DNA of 49,437 bases from a virus (IMGVR_UViG_3300020045_001925:1-49437), one strand, 5' to 3'; counted from the stretch's first letter, positions 9,865-19,350 are shown. Translations and numbers: made by a program. Notes: generated by a model from the letters alone, not told the origin.

Positions 9865-10366
9865 TACACATTCCTTTAGCTTCGATCAAGGCGCTCAAAG
9901 TGTGGCCTTGTGTTGATAATTGAATCAGTTCGTCAATCCATTGCAATGACTCGCGCAATGCGGTCAATTCGTCGTCAGTAGATCGGTATACGTTCTTAGC
10001 GTTGAACTGTTGACCGATTGATACAAGCGCATCGGCGGCACGTTCGAACACCACTTGCGAAGGTTTTACCGCCTCCTTGGTTCGCTCCGTGCCATAGTCA
10101 TGCAGTCGTTTAGCGAGACAGAACCCGAACGCATTCATTTCATTCAGTCGAATAAACCCATCCGTATCGAGCCATGGCGCGCTTGACTCAGTACCGACCA
10201 GTGCGGTCAACGCCTCATAAGCCGTAACAAGTAATTGAGTCGAGGCAACGGTATCCTGTGGCGCTACGGAGTGCTTGGTAATCATCGTATTAATTGCGCG
10301 CCAAGCGTCACCTCGGGTTAATTGTCGAGATTGCTTCGGTGCGGCGCGTCGTTGTTGGCGGTTCAT
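9845..10366 (-). CDS. Hypothetical protein
   Basis: 173 aa, MNRQQRRA start, coupled to neighbours. Confidence 0.7.
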   Translation of the reverse strand: MNRQQRRAAPKQSRQLTRGDAWRAINTMITKHSVAPQDTVASTQLLVTAYEALTALVGTESSAPWLDTDGFIRLNEMNAFGFCLAKRLHDYGTERTKEAVKPSQVVFERAADALVSIGQQFNAKNVYRSTDDELTALRESLQWIDELIQLSTQGHTLSALIEAKGMCNGTKTF

Positions 10367-10461
10367 GGATTACGTTCCCTACTCAAACGATCAAGCATGA
10401 CCACAATGTAAATGTTGAAACAGATTTGCGTGAGGATCACGCTGTATAGAATGGTGCTCAT
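10363..10461 (-). CDS. 32-aa hydrophobic microprotein
   Basis: MSTILYSVILTQICFNIYIVVML single TM; GGAG SD; ATGA overlaps at both ends. Confidence 0.45.
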   Translation of the reverse strand: MSTILYSVILTQICFNIYIVVMLDRLSRERNP

Positions 10462-10544
10462 CGTTGCTGCTCCAAGAAGTAACACACGCGGCGTCTGTTG
10501 CGCATGTTGCAAGAGGTCATGCTGGTTAATTTGCGGCGGGTCAT
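10458..10544 (-). CDS. 28-aa basic microprotein
   Basis: MTRRKLTSMTSCNMRNRRRVCYFLEQQR; AAGGA SD; abuts upstream stop and overlaps downstream start. Confidence 0.35.
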   Translation of the reverse strand: MTRRKLTSMTSCNMRNRRRVCYFLEQQR

Positions 10545-10712
10545 TTAATACCGTCCTTTCGTTACGCGGCGAACTGTCAAATTGGTGATTGGTTTGCATT
10601 GTGAATACGCGCCAATATCTTCAAGTTTGCCAATGATTGATAATTTGCTCGGTCTGATAATCTTTGAATCAGTTTCAAGCACGATCCGGCGCGTGTAGTG
10701 TGGGGCGCTCAT
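10545..10712 (-). CDS. 55-aa hypothetical protein
   Basis: MSAPHYTRR...KGRY; ATGA overlap with 10709 ORF. Confidence 0.45.
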   Translation of the reverse strand: MSAPHYTRRIVLETDSKIIRPSKLSIIGKLEDIGAYSQCKPITNLTVRRVTKGRY

Positions 10713-11104
10713 TTGTCGGCCTCTGCTTTGACGATGACGGCTCGTGATTGAGTCAGTACAACACGATGACGAATACGGTCATCTTTTGATAATTCCGAAC
10801 CCGCTTCACAATAGCAACATTCAAGAGCTTTCAACGCCGCCAGCAGTTCAGCGCATTCATGTTGAAGTTTGAGTTGTGAACTGAACAATCCACCCCTTGA
10901 AATATCAGTAATGTTGAGTTCGTCAGCCCTTTCAATTCGATCAAGTGGTACGTCTGACAGTATGTTCACACACGCCACGACGCGGCGGGCGTCGTCTTCT
11001 TTAACTAGCCCTGTCGAACCGCATATGATCGACTCATCATCATTGAAAAGATCAAACGCATACTCTTCGTCAGTTCGACCGTATCGTTCGTAGCTCCAAG
11101 CCAT
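10709..11104 (-). CDS. Hypothetical protein
   Basis: DARRVVACVN motif typical of phage accessory proteins; promoter at 11138-11166. Confidence 0.7.
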   Translation of the reverse strand: MAWSYERYGRTDEEYAFDLFNDDESIICGSTGLVKEDDARRVVACVNILSDVPLDRIERADELNITDISRGGLFSSQLKLQHECAELLAALKALECCYCEAGSELSKDDRIRHRVVLTQSRAVIVKAEADK

Positions 11105-11137
11105 GCCGTTCCCCTTCGTTGTGGTAAGATGAATTTA

Positions 11138-11166
11138 AATATATCACCCACTGGCGAGGCGGTCAA
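11138..11166 (-). promoter_or_regulatory. Promoter with TTGAC-N6-GCCA motif
   Basis: TTGACC-17-TATATT. Confidence 0.6.
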
Positions 11167-11946
11167 GTGAAACAAACAGGCATTGCGTACAATATGCAAC
11201 TACAGAAAATAGTGCGAGCGGTGAAGCGTGATATTGACGCTCAAATCGTACCGCTATTGAAAACGCTCGCGCCTCAGTACGTGCAGGACGGTTGGGCCGA
11301 TACGATCAATGTGGCTATTCAGCAATTACTCGCCAAGTGGACAAGCCCGCTCGCCCGCCACGCCGCGAACCAAATCGCCGCGTCATTCGTCAAAACGGCG
11401 CTTAAAGCCACGGATGCGCGGCAACGTCGTTCGCTCGGTGTGGAGCAATTTACCAACTCGGTGCAGATGAAAAGTACGCTTGAGGCCGCGACGTTGCAAA
11501 ACGCCCGACTCATTACGTCAATTCCCGCTCAATACTTAGAGCAAGTGTCAAATATTGTCATGGGGAACATGCGTACCGGATTGCGACCAAGCGCGATTGA
11601 AGCGGAGCTGATGGATCAATTCGGCGTTTCTAAACGTCGCGCTAAATTCATCGCGCGCGATCAGACCGCTAAGGTGCAAGGCGAATTGACCAAACAGCGC
11701 CAGATCGACGCGGGTTATCAATATTTCAAATGGGTTGATTCAGAGGATCAGCGAGTGCGTCACCGTCATCACGAAATCGCGCAAGCCGTGACGCCGTATG
11801 GTGTGGGGGTGTATCGCTGGACCAAGTTGCCGCTAAGTGATGACGGACAACCGATCCAGCCGGGTAGTGATTACAATTGTCGATGCATTGCCGTGAGCGT
11901 TGACGACGAAGATGTTGAGGAGTTTCAATCAAAGCGATCCACGTAG
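11167..11946 (+). CDS. Head morphogenesis protein (MuF / SPP1 gp7-like)
   Basis: RAKFIARDQT, W...DQRVRHRH, PGSDYNCRC motifs. Confidence 0.9.
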   Translation: MKQTGIAYNMQLQKIVRAVKRDIDAQIVPLLKTLAPQYVQDGWADTINVAIQQLLAKWTSPLARHAANQIAASFVKTALKATDARQRRSLGVEQFTNSVQMKSTLEAATLQNARLITSIPAQYLEQVSNIVMGNMRTGLRPSAIEAELMDQFGVSKRRAKFIARDQTAKVQGELTKQRQIDAGYQYFKWVDSEDQRVRHRHHEIAQAVTPYGVGVYRWTKLPLSDDGQPIQPGSDYNCRCIAVSVDDEDVEEFQSKRST

Positions 11947-12284
11947 ATTTGATACATGTAGCCAAGCCCCAAGTTTTCACACTGAGTCTGTGCGTCGATT
12001 GATAAAAAGCGATGATCGGCGTATCGGCGCGCTACAGCCATTCCCCAAGCGATTTGCGCTTCAACGGGTCGCCCTGTTGATATTCGCAGAAATTTATCAC
12101 GCACAATATGCAACGGTCGATTATCAACGATCATCAGTTGTTGCGCCGCTAGCACTTTTTGCGCCATTGCGAAGCAATCGACCGTTTCCTCAGCGTGCGA
12201 ACGTGGCGCGATGAAAAACACCAATGTGGCGATAACGAGCAACATACGAACCAGCGGGATTAGCATATCGAGCAGGGGTTTCAT
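11925..12284 (-). CDS. Hypothetical exported/membrane-anchored protein
   Basis: Hydrophobic N-terminus ending in SHA-E, signal-peptide-like. Confidence 0.6.
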   Translation of the reverse strand: MKPLLDMLIPLVRMLLVIATLVFFIAPRSHAEETVDCFAMAQKVLAAQQLMIVDNRPLHIVRDKFLRISTGRPVEAQIAWGMAVARRYADHRFLSIDAQTQCENLGLGYMYQIYVDRFD

Positions 12285-12574
12285 TTTGATTGCCCCATTT
12301 CTTCATCAATAAGTTTGCTTAAGTCTACACCGACCAAAAAATCCCAGTTGCCATCAGACCAGTATTGAATACAATAATTACTATCTTCGTCATATTGTTG
12401 CTTTAAAACCCATGAATACCGTCCCGCATCAGCCCGCAGCGCCTCGTTTTCAGCCCGCAGCGCCTCGTTTTCAGCGTGAAGTCGGCGCAGTTCTTTAGCA
12501 ATCATTAGCTTTCCGTTTCTACTAATACTTGCAGCATTCTCGAGAATCTTAGCAAGATCAATCGCGGCGTTCAT
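12281..12574 (-). CDS. Hypothetical coiled-coil protein
   Basis: ELRRLHAENEALRAENEALRADAGRY; ATGA coupling. Confidence 0.7.
   Translation of the reverse strand: MNAAIDLAKILENAASISRNGKLMIAKELRRLHAENEALRAENEALRADAGRYSWVLKQQYDEDSNYCIQYWSDGNWDFLVGVDLSKLIDEEMGQSK
12429..12475. repeat. 21-bp in-frame tandem duplication
   Basis: TCAGCCCGCAGCGCCTCGTTT x2, encoding ENEALRA twice. Confidence 0.9.
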
Positions 12575-12890
12575 TTGTTCAACTCCGTAACGTATTTTAA
12601 AACTTCGACAATCTGCGAATCGTTGGCGTTCGGTGCAATCGACCGCACCAACTTAATCAACTCGATCAGTTTATCATCATTGTGCGGGCGGTTCGGTACG
12701 TGAAGTTTTACGTCGTCGCGGCGAATGATGTCGTAATCACCAATGATCTTCACAAGGTCAATACTTCTCGGCACCATAGACATTCCCCACTTCCAGCCAG
12801 TCGGTGCAGTCTGAAACACGTCTTCCCAACACACGGGCCATTTCGTTAAATATGACTCAAGTTCGGCGATTGCTTCTGATTTAGTTTTCA
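12571..12890 (-). CDS. Hypothetical protein (start probably MKTKSEA)
   Basis: ORF track; ATGA coupling to downstream gene. Confidence 0.6.
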
Positions 12891-12931
12891 TTATGATTGA
12901 CACCTTTGGCAAGCGTGATATTATCGTAGCT

Positions 12932-14044
12932 ATGCGCATTTTAATTAATGATCGTTCGAGTTATCAAATCACCCATCGGGAAATTACGCCCGAGGGATTT
13001 TTGCGCGTTCCCGGACACGTCGCACGCTCCGGTATTCAGCATTATCTCGCCAGTGAGTTACAATTGCCCGGCGATCCGTCGCGTGTTGTTGCAGTGTACC
13101 GACCGCCCGAAGAAGTATTCAATGCTGATTCGCTTGCTTCATACGACGGCTCAGACATTACTCTAAATCACCCTGACGAACTTGTCAACACTTCCAACTA
13201 TAAAAAAGTTTCGGTAGGTGTTGTTGTCGGCCCGGGTGTGCAAGACGGCGACTTCGTGCAGTGTAGCCACATCATCAAAGACGGTGAGGCGATTGCAGCG
13301 GTACAAGGCGGCAAGTGTGAACTTAGCGCGGGGTACACGTCCGAGTACGACGCAACGCCAGGTGTAACGCCCGACGGTCAGCCTTATGAATTTATCCAAC
13401 GTAGTATCAGCATCAACCACATCGCAATCGTTGACCGCGCGCGAGCCGGACGACAAGCGCGAATTTTTGATAACCAACCCGGAGGCAAACCAATGCCCGT
13501 AACAATCGTACTTGATAGCGGACGCAGCATTGACGTTGCCGACGCGGCAAATGCTCAAGTTGTAGCCGATGCGTTTGATCGTTTGAAAGCGGCACTCACA
13601 GTTGCAACAGGTTCAGCAGAAGGTGCTCAAGCCACAATCGACGGCCTGACTGAGAAAGTCGCGGCGTTGACTCTCGTGTCTAGCGATGCTGAAATCTCAA
13701 AACGTGTCGCATCAATCGCACAGGTTCAAACCGTAGCGCGCAAGATCGTTGGTGATTCGTTCACTTGCGCTAGCGTTGACACTGTGGAGATCATGCGCGC
13801 CGCGATGACCATCGCCAATCCGAAACGTGATTGGTCGAACAAGTCGGCCGACTATGTGAAATGTGCTTTTGACGCTGCTGAAGAAGAAGCCGAAGAAGAA
13901 AAAGAAGATGACAAAGCAGCTAAAGAACAGTTGAAAAACTTGTCTAAAGATGCAGCGTCTGACACTGTAACCAAAGATAGCGCGCCAGTTGTATCGCGCG
14001 CACAAGCTAATCTAGCTGCACGCACTGGTAAAGGGGCGAAATAA
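12932..14044 (+). CDS. Prohead protease/scaffold (DUF2213)
   Basis: TPEGFL, VYRPPEEVF, TLNHP, ELSAGY, NHIAIVDRARAG motifs; acidic coiled-coil C-terminus. Confidence 0.88.
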   Translation: MRILINDRSSYQITHREITPEGFLRVPGHVARSGIQHYLASELQLPGDPSRVVAVYRPPEEVFNADSLASYDGSDITLNHPDELVNTSNYKKVSVGVVVGPGVQDGDFVQCSHIIKDGEAIAAVQGGKCELSAGYTSEYDATPGVTPDGQPYEFIQRSISINHIAIVDRARAGRQARIFDNQPGGKPMPVTIVLDSGRSIDVADAANAQVVADAFDRLKAALTVATGSAEGAQATIDGLTEKVAALTLVSSDAEISKRVASIAQVQTVARKIVGDSFTCASVDTVEIMRAAMTIANPKRDWSNKSADYVKCAFDAAEEEAEEEKEDDKAAKEQLKNLSKDAASDTVTKDSAPVVSRAQANLAARTGKGAK

Positions 14045-14544
14045 TGACAGGTATCGTACAAGCCTCTTATGGCTTAAACCACAATCCGGCATTTGTCGGT
14101 ATGGTCGCAGATGATCAAGTTGCCAACATCGTAGCGAAGTTGAACAACGACACTGTGACTATCCCATACGGCAAAGGCGTTGTTGCTGATGCTGCTGATC
14201 CGACGCAAGGCGCGAAGGCCGTTACATCGGCTGCGGTGGCTGCTGACTTCATCGGTGTTGCGGTACGCGAATTGAATCGTGCGTACAACACGCTCGATAC
14301 ATTCGGCGCACCGATTGACAAAGATTTCTCAGTCATGACCGTCGGTACAATTTGGGTCAAAGCTGCTGAAACCGTAACGGCACGCGCCCCAGCGTTCCTA
14401 CGTGTCGGCGCTAACTATCAAGGCGACTTCGCTGCTGCGGCTGGTACTGGTGCAACTGCATCCGTGGCTATCCCCGGCGCTAAATTCTTGACAGGCGGCA
14501 ACGTTGGCGACCTCGTTAAACTTTCAATCGTAGTGGGTGGCTAA
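14044..14544 (+). CDS. Head decoration / cement protein
   Basis: Between protease and capsid; IPYGKGVV, GTIWV patterns; Ala/Gly-rich. Confidence 0.75.
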   Translation: MTGIVQASYGLNHNPAFVGMVADDQVANIVAKLNNDTVTIPYGKGVVADAADPTQGAKAVTSAAVAADFIGVAVRELNRAYNTLDTFGAPIDKDFSVMTVGTIWVKAAETVTARAPAFLRVGANYQGDFAAAAGTGATASVAIPGAKFLTGGNVGDLVKLSIVVGG

Positions 14545-14545
14545 T

Positions 14546-15577
14546 ATGAGCGTTCGTAAATTCACAGTTGACGCGACGACTCTCGCGGGCAATAAATGGT
14601 TGGGTAAAGTTCTCGACGCCAACAACTCGCTCGACGTGCCATTGATGGTGCTCGATGCTGACGGCGGCGCGGCTTTCTACATTTCGCAACTTGCGGCACT
14701 TGAAACGCAAATCTACGAAGTACCATACGCCGACATTACGTATCTCGAAGACGTGAACGTGCTTGGCAATATCCCTGAATACGCAACGCATTGGAACTAT
14801 CGTTCCTATGACGGCGCGGCGATGGGTAAATTCATCAGCGCAAACGCGCAAGATTTGCCACGTGTTGCTCAGTCTGCCAAGTTGCACTCGGTTGAATTGG
14901 GTTATGCTGGCGTTGAATGCCATTACTCGCTTGATGAATTGCGCTCTACTTCGGCAATGAACATGCCGATTGACACGATGCAAGCCGAATTGGCTTACCG
15001 TGGCTCAGAAGAACATTCGCAACGTGTGGCCTATTTTGGCGATGCTGGTCGTCAAATGGACGGTTTGTTCAACAATCCGAACGTGACTAAGACAAGTGCA
15101 GTAGTCAATTACGCAACGTGTACTGGTCAAGAATTGTTCGACTTGCTGAACAATCCAGTATTTGCAGTTGTGAAAGCGTCTAAACGCTTTCACACGCCGA
15201 ACACTGTGTTGATGTTCCCTGACTTGTGGAAACGCGCCACGTCGCTGTTGATGACTGGTTACACGGATCGCACGGTCATGGAACACTTCATGATCAACAA
15301 CGCATACACGCAGTTGACTAAGCAACAAATCGACGTGAAGATTCGTTTCCAATTGACTGCTGCGGAATTGGCGGCAAATGGCGTGTCGAACAGCAACAAA
15401 GACCGTTATATGGTATACGACAAATCGGAACGCAATTTAGCAATCGCTAAACCGATCCCGTTCCGTATGCTCGCACCGCAAATGCTCGGCCTTGGTATCA
15501 CTGTTCCGGCTGAGTACAAGATTTCGGGTACAGAGTTCCGTTACCCACTTTGCGCGATGTACGTGGATATGTTGTAA
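14546..15577 (+). CDS. Major capsid protein (DUF2184 / encapsulin-like HK97 fold)
   Basis: ~343 aa; YSLDEL, AYFGD..MDGLFNNPNV, GTEFRYP..YVD; optimised codon usage. Confidence 0.9.
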   Translation: MSVRKFTVDATTLAGNKWLGKVLDANNSLDVPLMVLDADGGAAFYISQLAALETQIYEVPYADITYLEDVNVLGNIPEYATHWNYRSYDGAAMGKFISANAQDLPRVAQSAKLHSVELGYAGVECHYSLDELRSTSAMNMPIDTMQAELAYRGSEEHSQRVAYFGDAGRQMDGLFNNPNVTKTSAVVNYATCTGQELFDLLNNPVFAVVKASKRFHTPNTVLMFPDLWKRATSLLMTGYTDRTVMEHFMINNAYTQLTKQQIDVKIRFQLTAAELAANGVSNSNKDRYMVYDKSERNLAIAKPIPFRMLAPQMLGLGITVPAEYKISGTEFRYPLCAMYVDML

Positions 15578-15623
15578 TATTAAGCGGGGCTTCGCGCCCC
15601 GTTTCGTAACCACACTTGGAAAT

Positions 15624-15932
15624 ATGATGAAAACAATTTTACGTAATACCGCAGCTTGCAATATTTTGATCCCGTTCGTCGGTGAAGGTCTGGACGGTTT
15701 AGTTTCGCCGGGCAAAGAAATCACGGTTGGCGAAGAATCAATGGCGACTGATTTTGTTAAAAACTTGATCCAGTTGGGCGAGTTGGCTAATTTGGGCGAA
15801 GTGACCGAGGGCGAACCATCGCTTGACGAATTGCGCGCCAAGTGCGACGAGTTGGGTATCGAGCAGAACGCTCGCTGGTCACGCGCTAAGTTGCAGCTCG
15901 AAATCGACAAAGCCACACCAAAATCCGAATAA
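15624..15932 (+). CDS. Hypothetical head-region protein with C-terminal HeH/LEM-like motif
   Basis: LDELRAKCDELGIE..ARWSRAKLQLEI. Confidence 0.65.
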   Translation: MMKTILRNTAACNILIPFVGEGLDGLVSPGKEITVGEESMATDFVKNLIQLGELANLGEVTEGEPSLDELRAKCDELGIEQNARWSRAKLQLEIDKATPKSE

Positions 15933-15949
15933 TTACGGTACACGCCGTC

Positions 15950-15981
15950 AAGAGCCGCGTCGGTTGATTGCGGCTCTTTTT
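15950..15981 (+). terminator. Rho-independent terminator
   Basis: AAGAGCCGC...GCGGCTCTTTTT. Confidence 0.7.
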
Positions 15982-16000
15982 ACATGTGAGGAATGACATT

Positions 16001-16279
16001 ATGACCTGCATCACTATTGTGAAATATGCACTCGGCAATGATAACTACGAGTTCAAACCGGACGGCTTCAGCAGCGTTGTGAATATCCGTAACGACGGTC
16101 CCGGTCCCGCTACGGTTCAGATTCAAGTCGGCTCAGAGCTTGTGCTGGCGAACTATAACGAACCGAAAACGCTACTCCTGGGTGATACTGTACAGCAAGC
16201 AATCCCCGAGGCGTATCATCGCGGCTTGCTGATCGTCACGGCAAACACCGGTTCGATTACTGCGGAGTTGACAAAATGA
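16001..16279 (+). CDS. Hypothetical beta-rich virion protein
   Basis: GAGGA SD; ATGA-coupled to next gene. Confidence 0.65.
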   Translation: MTCITIVKYALGNDNYEFKPDGFSSVVNIRNDGPGPATVQIQVGSELVLANYNEPKTLLLGDTVQQAIPEAYHRGLLIVTANTGSITAELTK

Positions 16280-17958
16280 GCGGCAATTGGAATCAGAAAT
16301 ACGAGGGGTCGTCAGGTGGATCAGGCGACTTAATTCCGGTACTAAGTAGTTCGCGAAAAGGTGTAATTAAAAAGAAATCATCAAAATTGATCTATGACTT
16401 TGCAAGCCCACTTGCAACAGGTCAGGCCGTCACAGCAATCACGAAATCTGCATCAAGCGATTATCCGCGATGGGCTATTGAAAATTTAAAATGCGACTTA
16501 ACAAGTGCGTCAGCTCAATTACGAATCCAGAACCAAGCATGGACACTTGATCCGACGGACATGCTGCTGGCTATTGATGTATATATTCCGTTCATCGTTG
16601 TTAGTCCAATGTCTATCAATGTGACCATATTCAATTCATCAAATTACTCGGGTGTATATACAGAATATACATTTGACTCAGGATATCTGCGTCAAGGATG
16701 GAACAGCCTTCGCATGTGGGGTGGCGATACAACGGGGTCAACAGGCACAGGAACTCTGGCAGCGGGGGCTGGTAAGTCAAATATTGGAGGCGGTTGTAAC
16801 CATACTGCTGCAATCGGGTATTGTGAAATTCTTATTCAGAATATGAACGGAAAATCCGTATACATTGATCAAGCAAGACGTGGCGCAAAATTCACCCCCG
16901 CAATTGTGATGGGATTTGATGCAACGGGTAATAATTCATCGGATGATGTATTTGTAAAAACTGGAGGAGTAGCTGCAGCAATGCGGGAGAGGGGTGTTAC
17001 TGGATATTTCACATCCACACAAATATACGATCTTCAATACGGCGGAAGTGCCGACGATGTTCGCAAAGACACACTGTACACCGACTATGGGTGGGATTGC
17101 ATTAATCACTCGTGGTCGCATGGTGCAACACATCCTGGAGGTTCACGCACTGTCACCGCATCACGTACCTCAAATGTGGTGACTTTAACTTATGCAGTCG
17201 GTCAGCTTGAATTGCCGACGGGTAGTGTGTTTTATCAGACCGTTTCAGGCGCAACGCCGGCAGATGTGAACGGTCGTTTCCGCAGCGTGATTACTTCGTC
17301 AACGACTGCAACGTATACTGCTGCGGGTGTGGATGGTGCCGCTACAGGAACGATCAAAGCTTCAACACTTATTCAAGACGTTGTAACTGGTACTGATTCA
17401 GTATCACAAATGATTATTGATATGGAAGTCGGTGCAATCAATAAAGCATCCAGAATGAGGGGATTTTATAGAGGACTTTCTCTAGGGGCGTGGCCTAATA
17501 ATTCGTGCGGCGATATTGTGGCTACAAAAACAGCGTGTGATAAAGCAGGCGTGAATTATTTCCGATCTGCTAAGGGTAGAACTGTTAAGTTGTCAGAATT
17601 TGGCGTCGATAACCAATATAATTTTGGGTCTATTGAAATGGGGAGCGGTGTCGCAGCCACTACGGTGACAACTTTAAAAAATGCGTTACTTGGTGCTATT
17701 GGTCGCGGCGAGCATCTTTGGACATTTGGACATCACGTGCTAGATGAGACAACACTCGGAACGTCTGTCGATTTAGAATATCCTCCGTCATCGGGTGGTA
17801 ATCCGGCACCCCCAACAACATCGCTACCCTCCGGCTGGTGGTATCTTGGTTCAATCAAACGATTCATTGATGAAGCAGTATTACCCGCTGTTCAGAGTGA
17901 CGGACTATTAATACTAACCCCATCCGAGTGGGAAAATAATTTAAGGAACGTGAAATGA
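16276..17958 (+). CDS. Putative polysaccharide deacetylase (CE4/NodB-like) domain protein, probably virion-associated
   Basis: IVMGFDA, GWDCINHSWSH, AWPN, WTFGHH motifs in CE4 order; inserted beta-sandwich; more AT-rich than flanks. Confidence 0.65.
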   Translation: MSGNWNQKYEGSSGGSGDLIPVLSSSRKGVIKKKSSKLIYDFASPLATGQAVTAITKSASSDYPRWAIENLKCDLTSASAQLRIQNQAWTLDPTDMLLAIDVYIPFIVVSPMSINVTIFNSSNYSGVYTEYTFDSGYLRQGWNSLRMWGGDTTGSTGTGTLAAGAGKSNIGGGCNHTAAIGYCEILIQNMNGKSVYIDQARRGAKFTPAIVMGFDATGNNSSDDVFVKTGGVAAAMRERGVTGYFTSTQIYDLQYGGSADDVRKDTLYTDYGWDCINHSWSHGATHPGGSRTVTASRTSNVVTLTYAVGQLELPTGSVFYQTVSGATPADVNGRFRSVITSSTTATYTAAGVDGAATGTIKASTLIQDVVTGTDSVSQMIIDMEVGAINKASRMRGFYRGLSLGAWPNNSCGDIVATKTACDKAGVNYFRSAKGRTVKLSEFGVDNQYNFGSIEMGSGVAATTVTTLKNALLGAIGRGEHLWTFGHHVLDETTLGTSVDLEYPPSSGGNPAPPTTSLPSGWWYLGSIKRFIDEAVLPAVQSDGLLILTPSEWENNLRNVK

Positions 17959-18140
17959 TTGCGTCCGTTAATATCATATCCCCTATTTTGTACAATGGTG
18001 AATGGAAAATGATTGGTGAGGTTGCGAATATAGATGCAGATGTGGCTACCGATTTGGAAAAATCAGGCATGGTCGAGATCGTATCTATAAATGGAGTTAT
18101 TGCTACATGGGGATCGTGTTGTAGTAATCATAGTTCATAA
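17955..18140 (+). CDS. Hypothetical protein
   Basis: ATGA coupling; AAGGA SD. Confidence 0.55.
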   Translation: MIASVNIISPILYNGEWKMIGEVANIDADVATDLEKSGMVEIVSINGVIATWGSCCSNHSS

Positions 18141-18146
18141 TCAACC

Positions 18147-18320
18147 TTAACCCGCTTCGGCGGGTTTTTTGTTGGCCGCTAATTCAATCGCGGCACGTAT
18201 TCCCTCGCTTACTTCACCGTTACCAATGCGCCGCGCTTGCCGCGCGTGCCATGCTGTCAAACGCACACTATAGGCATCCATTGGCACGTCTTGGCGCGCC
18301 TCTTGAATATGTTTTTTCAT
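18147..18320 (-). CDS. 57-aa ribbon-helix-helix-like DNA-binding protein (not in ORF track)
   Basis: MKKHIQEARQDVPMDAYSVRLTAWHARQARRIGNGEVSEGIRAAIELAANKKPAEAG; YSVRL strand, then helix-G-helix. Confidence 0.6.
   Translation of the reverse strand: MKKHIQEARQDVPMDAYSVRLTAWHARQARRIGNGEVSEGIRAAIELAANKKPAEAG
18148..18170 (+). terminator. Rho-independent terminator
   Basis: AACCCGC-TTCG-GCGGGTT followed by T-run. Confidence 0.85.
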
Positions 18321-18354
18321 CCCTGATTACACCTTTCAACGAGTGACACGCAAG

Positions 18355-18377
18355 CGTACTACGTCTTACGTCTTACG
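18355..18377. repeat. Tandem heptads, candidate operator
   Basis: CGTACTA CGTCTTA CGTCTTA CG between divergent genes. Confidence 0.55.
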
Positions 18378-18417
18378 AAATAGTATCTCTTTGTCTTTTG
18401 TGAAAGGAGACACATAA

Positions 18418-19350
18418 ATGACTGAAATGACGTTAGACGCACACGAACACCGTTCGGAGCGCCGCTTTGACATTCTGAAAAATTTAATCACCGATGAGGG
18501 TCGTACCATGGAAAAAGATCACGTGAAAGTTGAAAACATTTTTAAAGGCCCAAGCGATGCGGGCGGCGGCGGTATGGCGGCAGTTTTGCCCGCACTCTTG
18601 GCGGGTCGTCACGATGGTGGACTGGCTGGCGGCTTGGGTGGCCTCGCGGCTGGCGGCTTGGGCGGTTTAGTGCTCGGCTCGTTGCTCAATCGCGGAGGTC
18701 TGTTAGGCGGTGGTGCTGATGACGGCTCTGAAACGCGCTTACAAGCCACGATTGAAAACACCACATTGCTGAACGGTTTAGGCGACATTAAAGCGGCTGT
18801 AGCATTGACCGCCGCGCAGACTGAGAACGTTATCGGCGCGCAAACTGTGGCGTTACAATCAACACTCAGCAACCTGGCACTTGGTCAATTGACCGCAACA
18901 AGTCAAGTCAAAGACACTGTGAACCAAGGTACGTTGTTGACCTTACAAGCGACCAATGTGGCTTCGGATCGTGCTGCGGCAAGTGCTGCCGCGTTGGCGG
19001 CTCAAACTGCTGCGGGATTCAATGAAACTCAAGCCTTAATCAACTCAATCAACACGCAGAATATTAGCCGTGAATTGAGCGACACTAAAGCGGCATTGAT
19101 CGAAGAGCGTTCCGACCATCGCCTAGCAAGTGCCGGCATCACGATCACAAATAACAACAACGCCACGGCCAATGCGCTTGCTGCTCAATCGCAACAACAG
19201 CAACAATTGCAAGCCATTATCCAGCTTGGCGCTGCTGTGCAAAACTTGGCAAATGATGTGCAAGTAGTGCGCCAAGGGCAAACAATTTTCAATTCAGGCA
19301 CTATGGCGGCATCCGGTACACAAGCTGCGGCAAATACTCGCGTCAACTAA
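18418..19350 (+). CDS. Glycine-zipper / coiled-coil protein
   Basis: GGLAGGLGGLAAGGLGGLVLGSLL then long Ala/Gln/Thr/Asn-rich helical region; AAGGAG SD. Confidence 0.8.
   Translation: MTEMTLDAHEHRSERRFDILKNLITDEGRTMEKDHVKVENIFKGPSDAGGGGMAAVLPALLAGRHDGGLAGGLGGLAAGGLGGLVLGSLLNRGGLLGGGADDGSETRLQATIENTTLLNGLGDIKAAVALTAAQTENVIGAQTVALQSTLSNLALGQLTATSQVKDTVNQGTLLTLQATNVASDRAAASAAALAAQTAAGFNETQALINSINTQNISRELSDTKAALIEERSDHRLASAGITITNNNNATANALAAQSQQQQQLQAIIQLGAAVQNLANDVQVVRQGQTIFNSGTMAASGTQAAANTRVN

Noticed and set aside
18560-18720. GGC/GGT-rich periodic DNA as a guide-RNA-like repeat
   Set aside because: Explained by glycine codons of the glycine-zipper protein.
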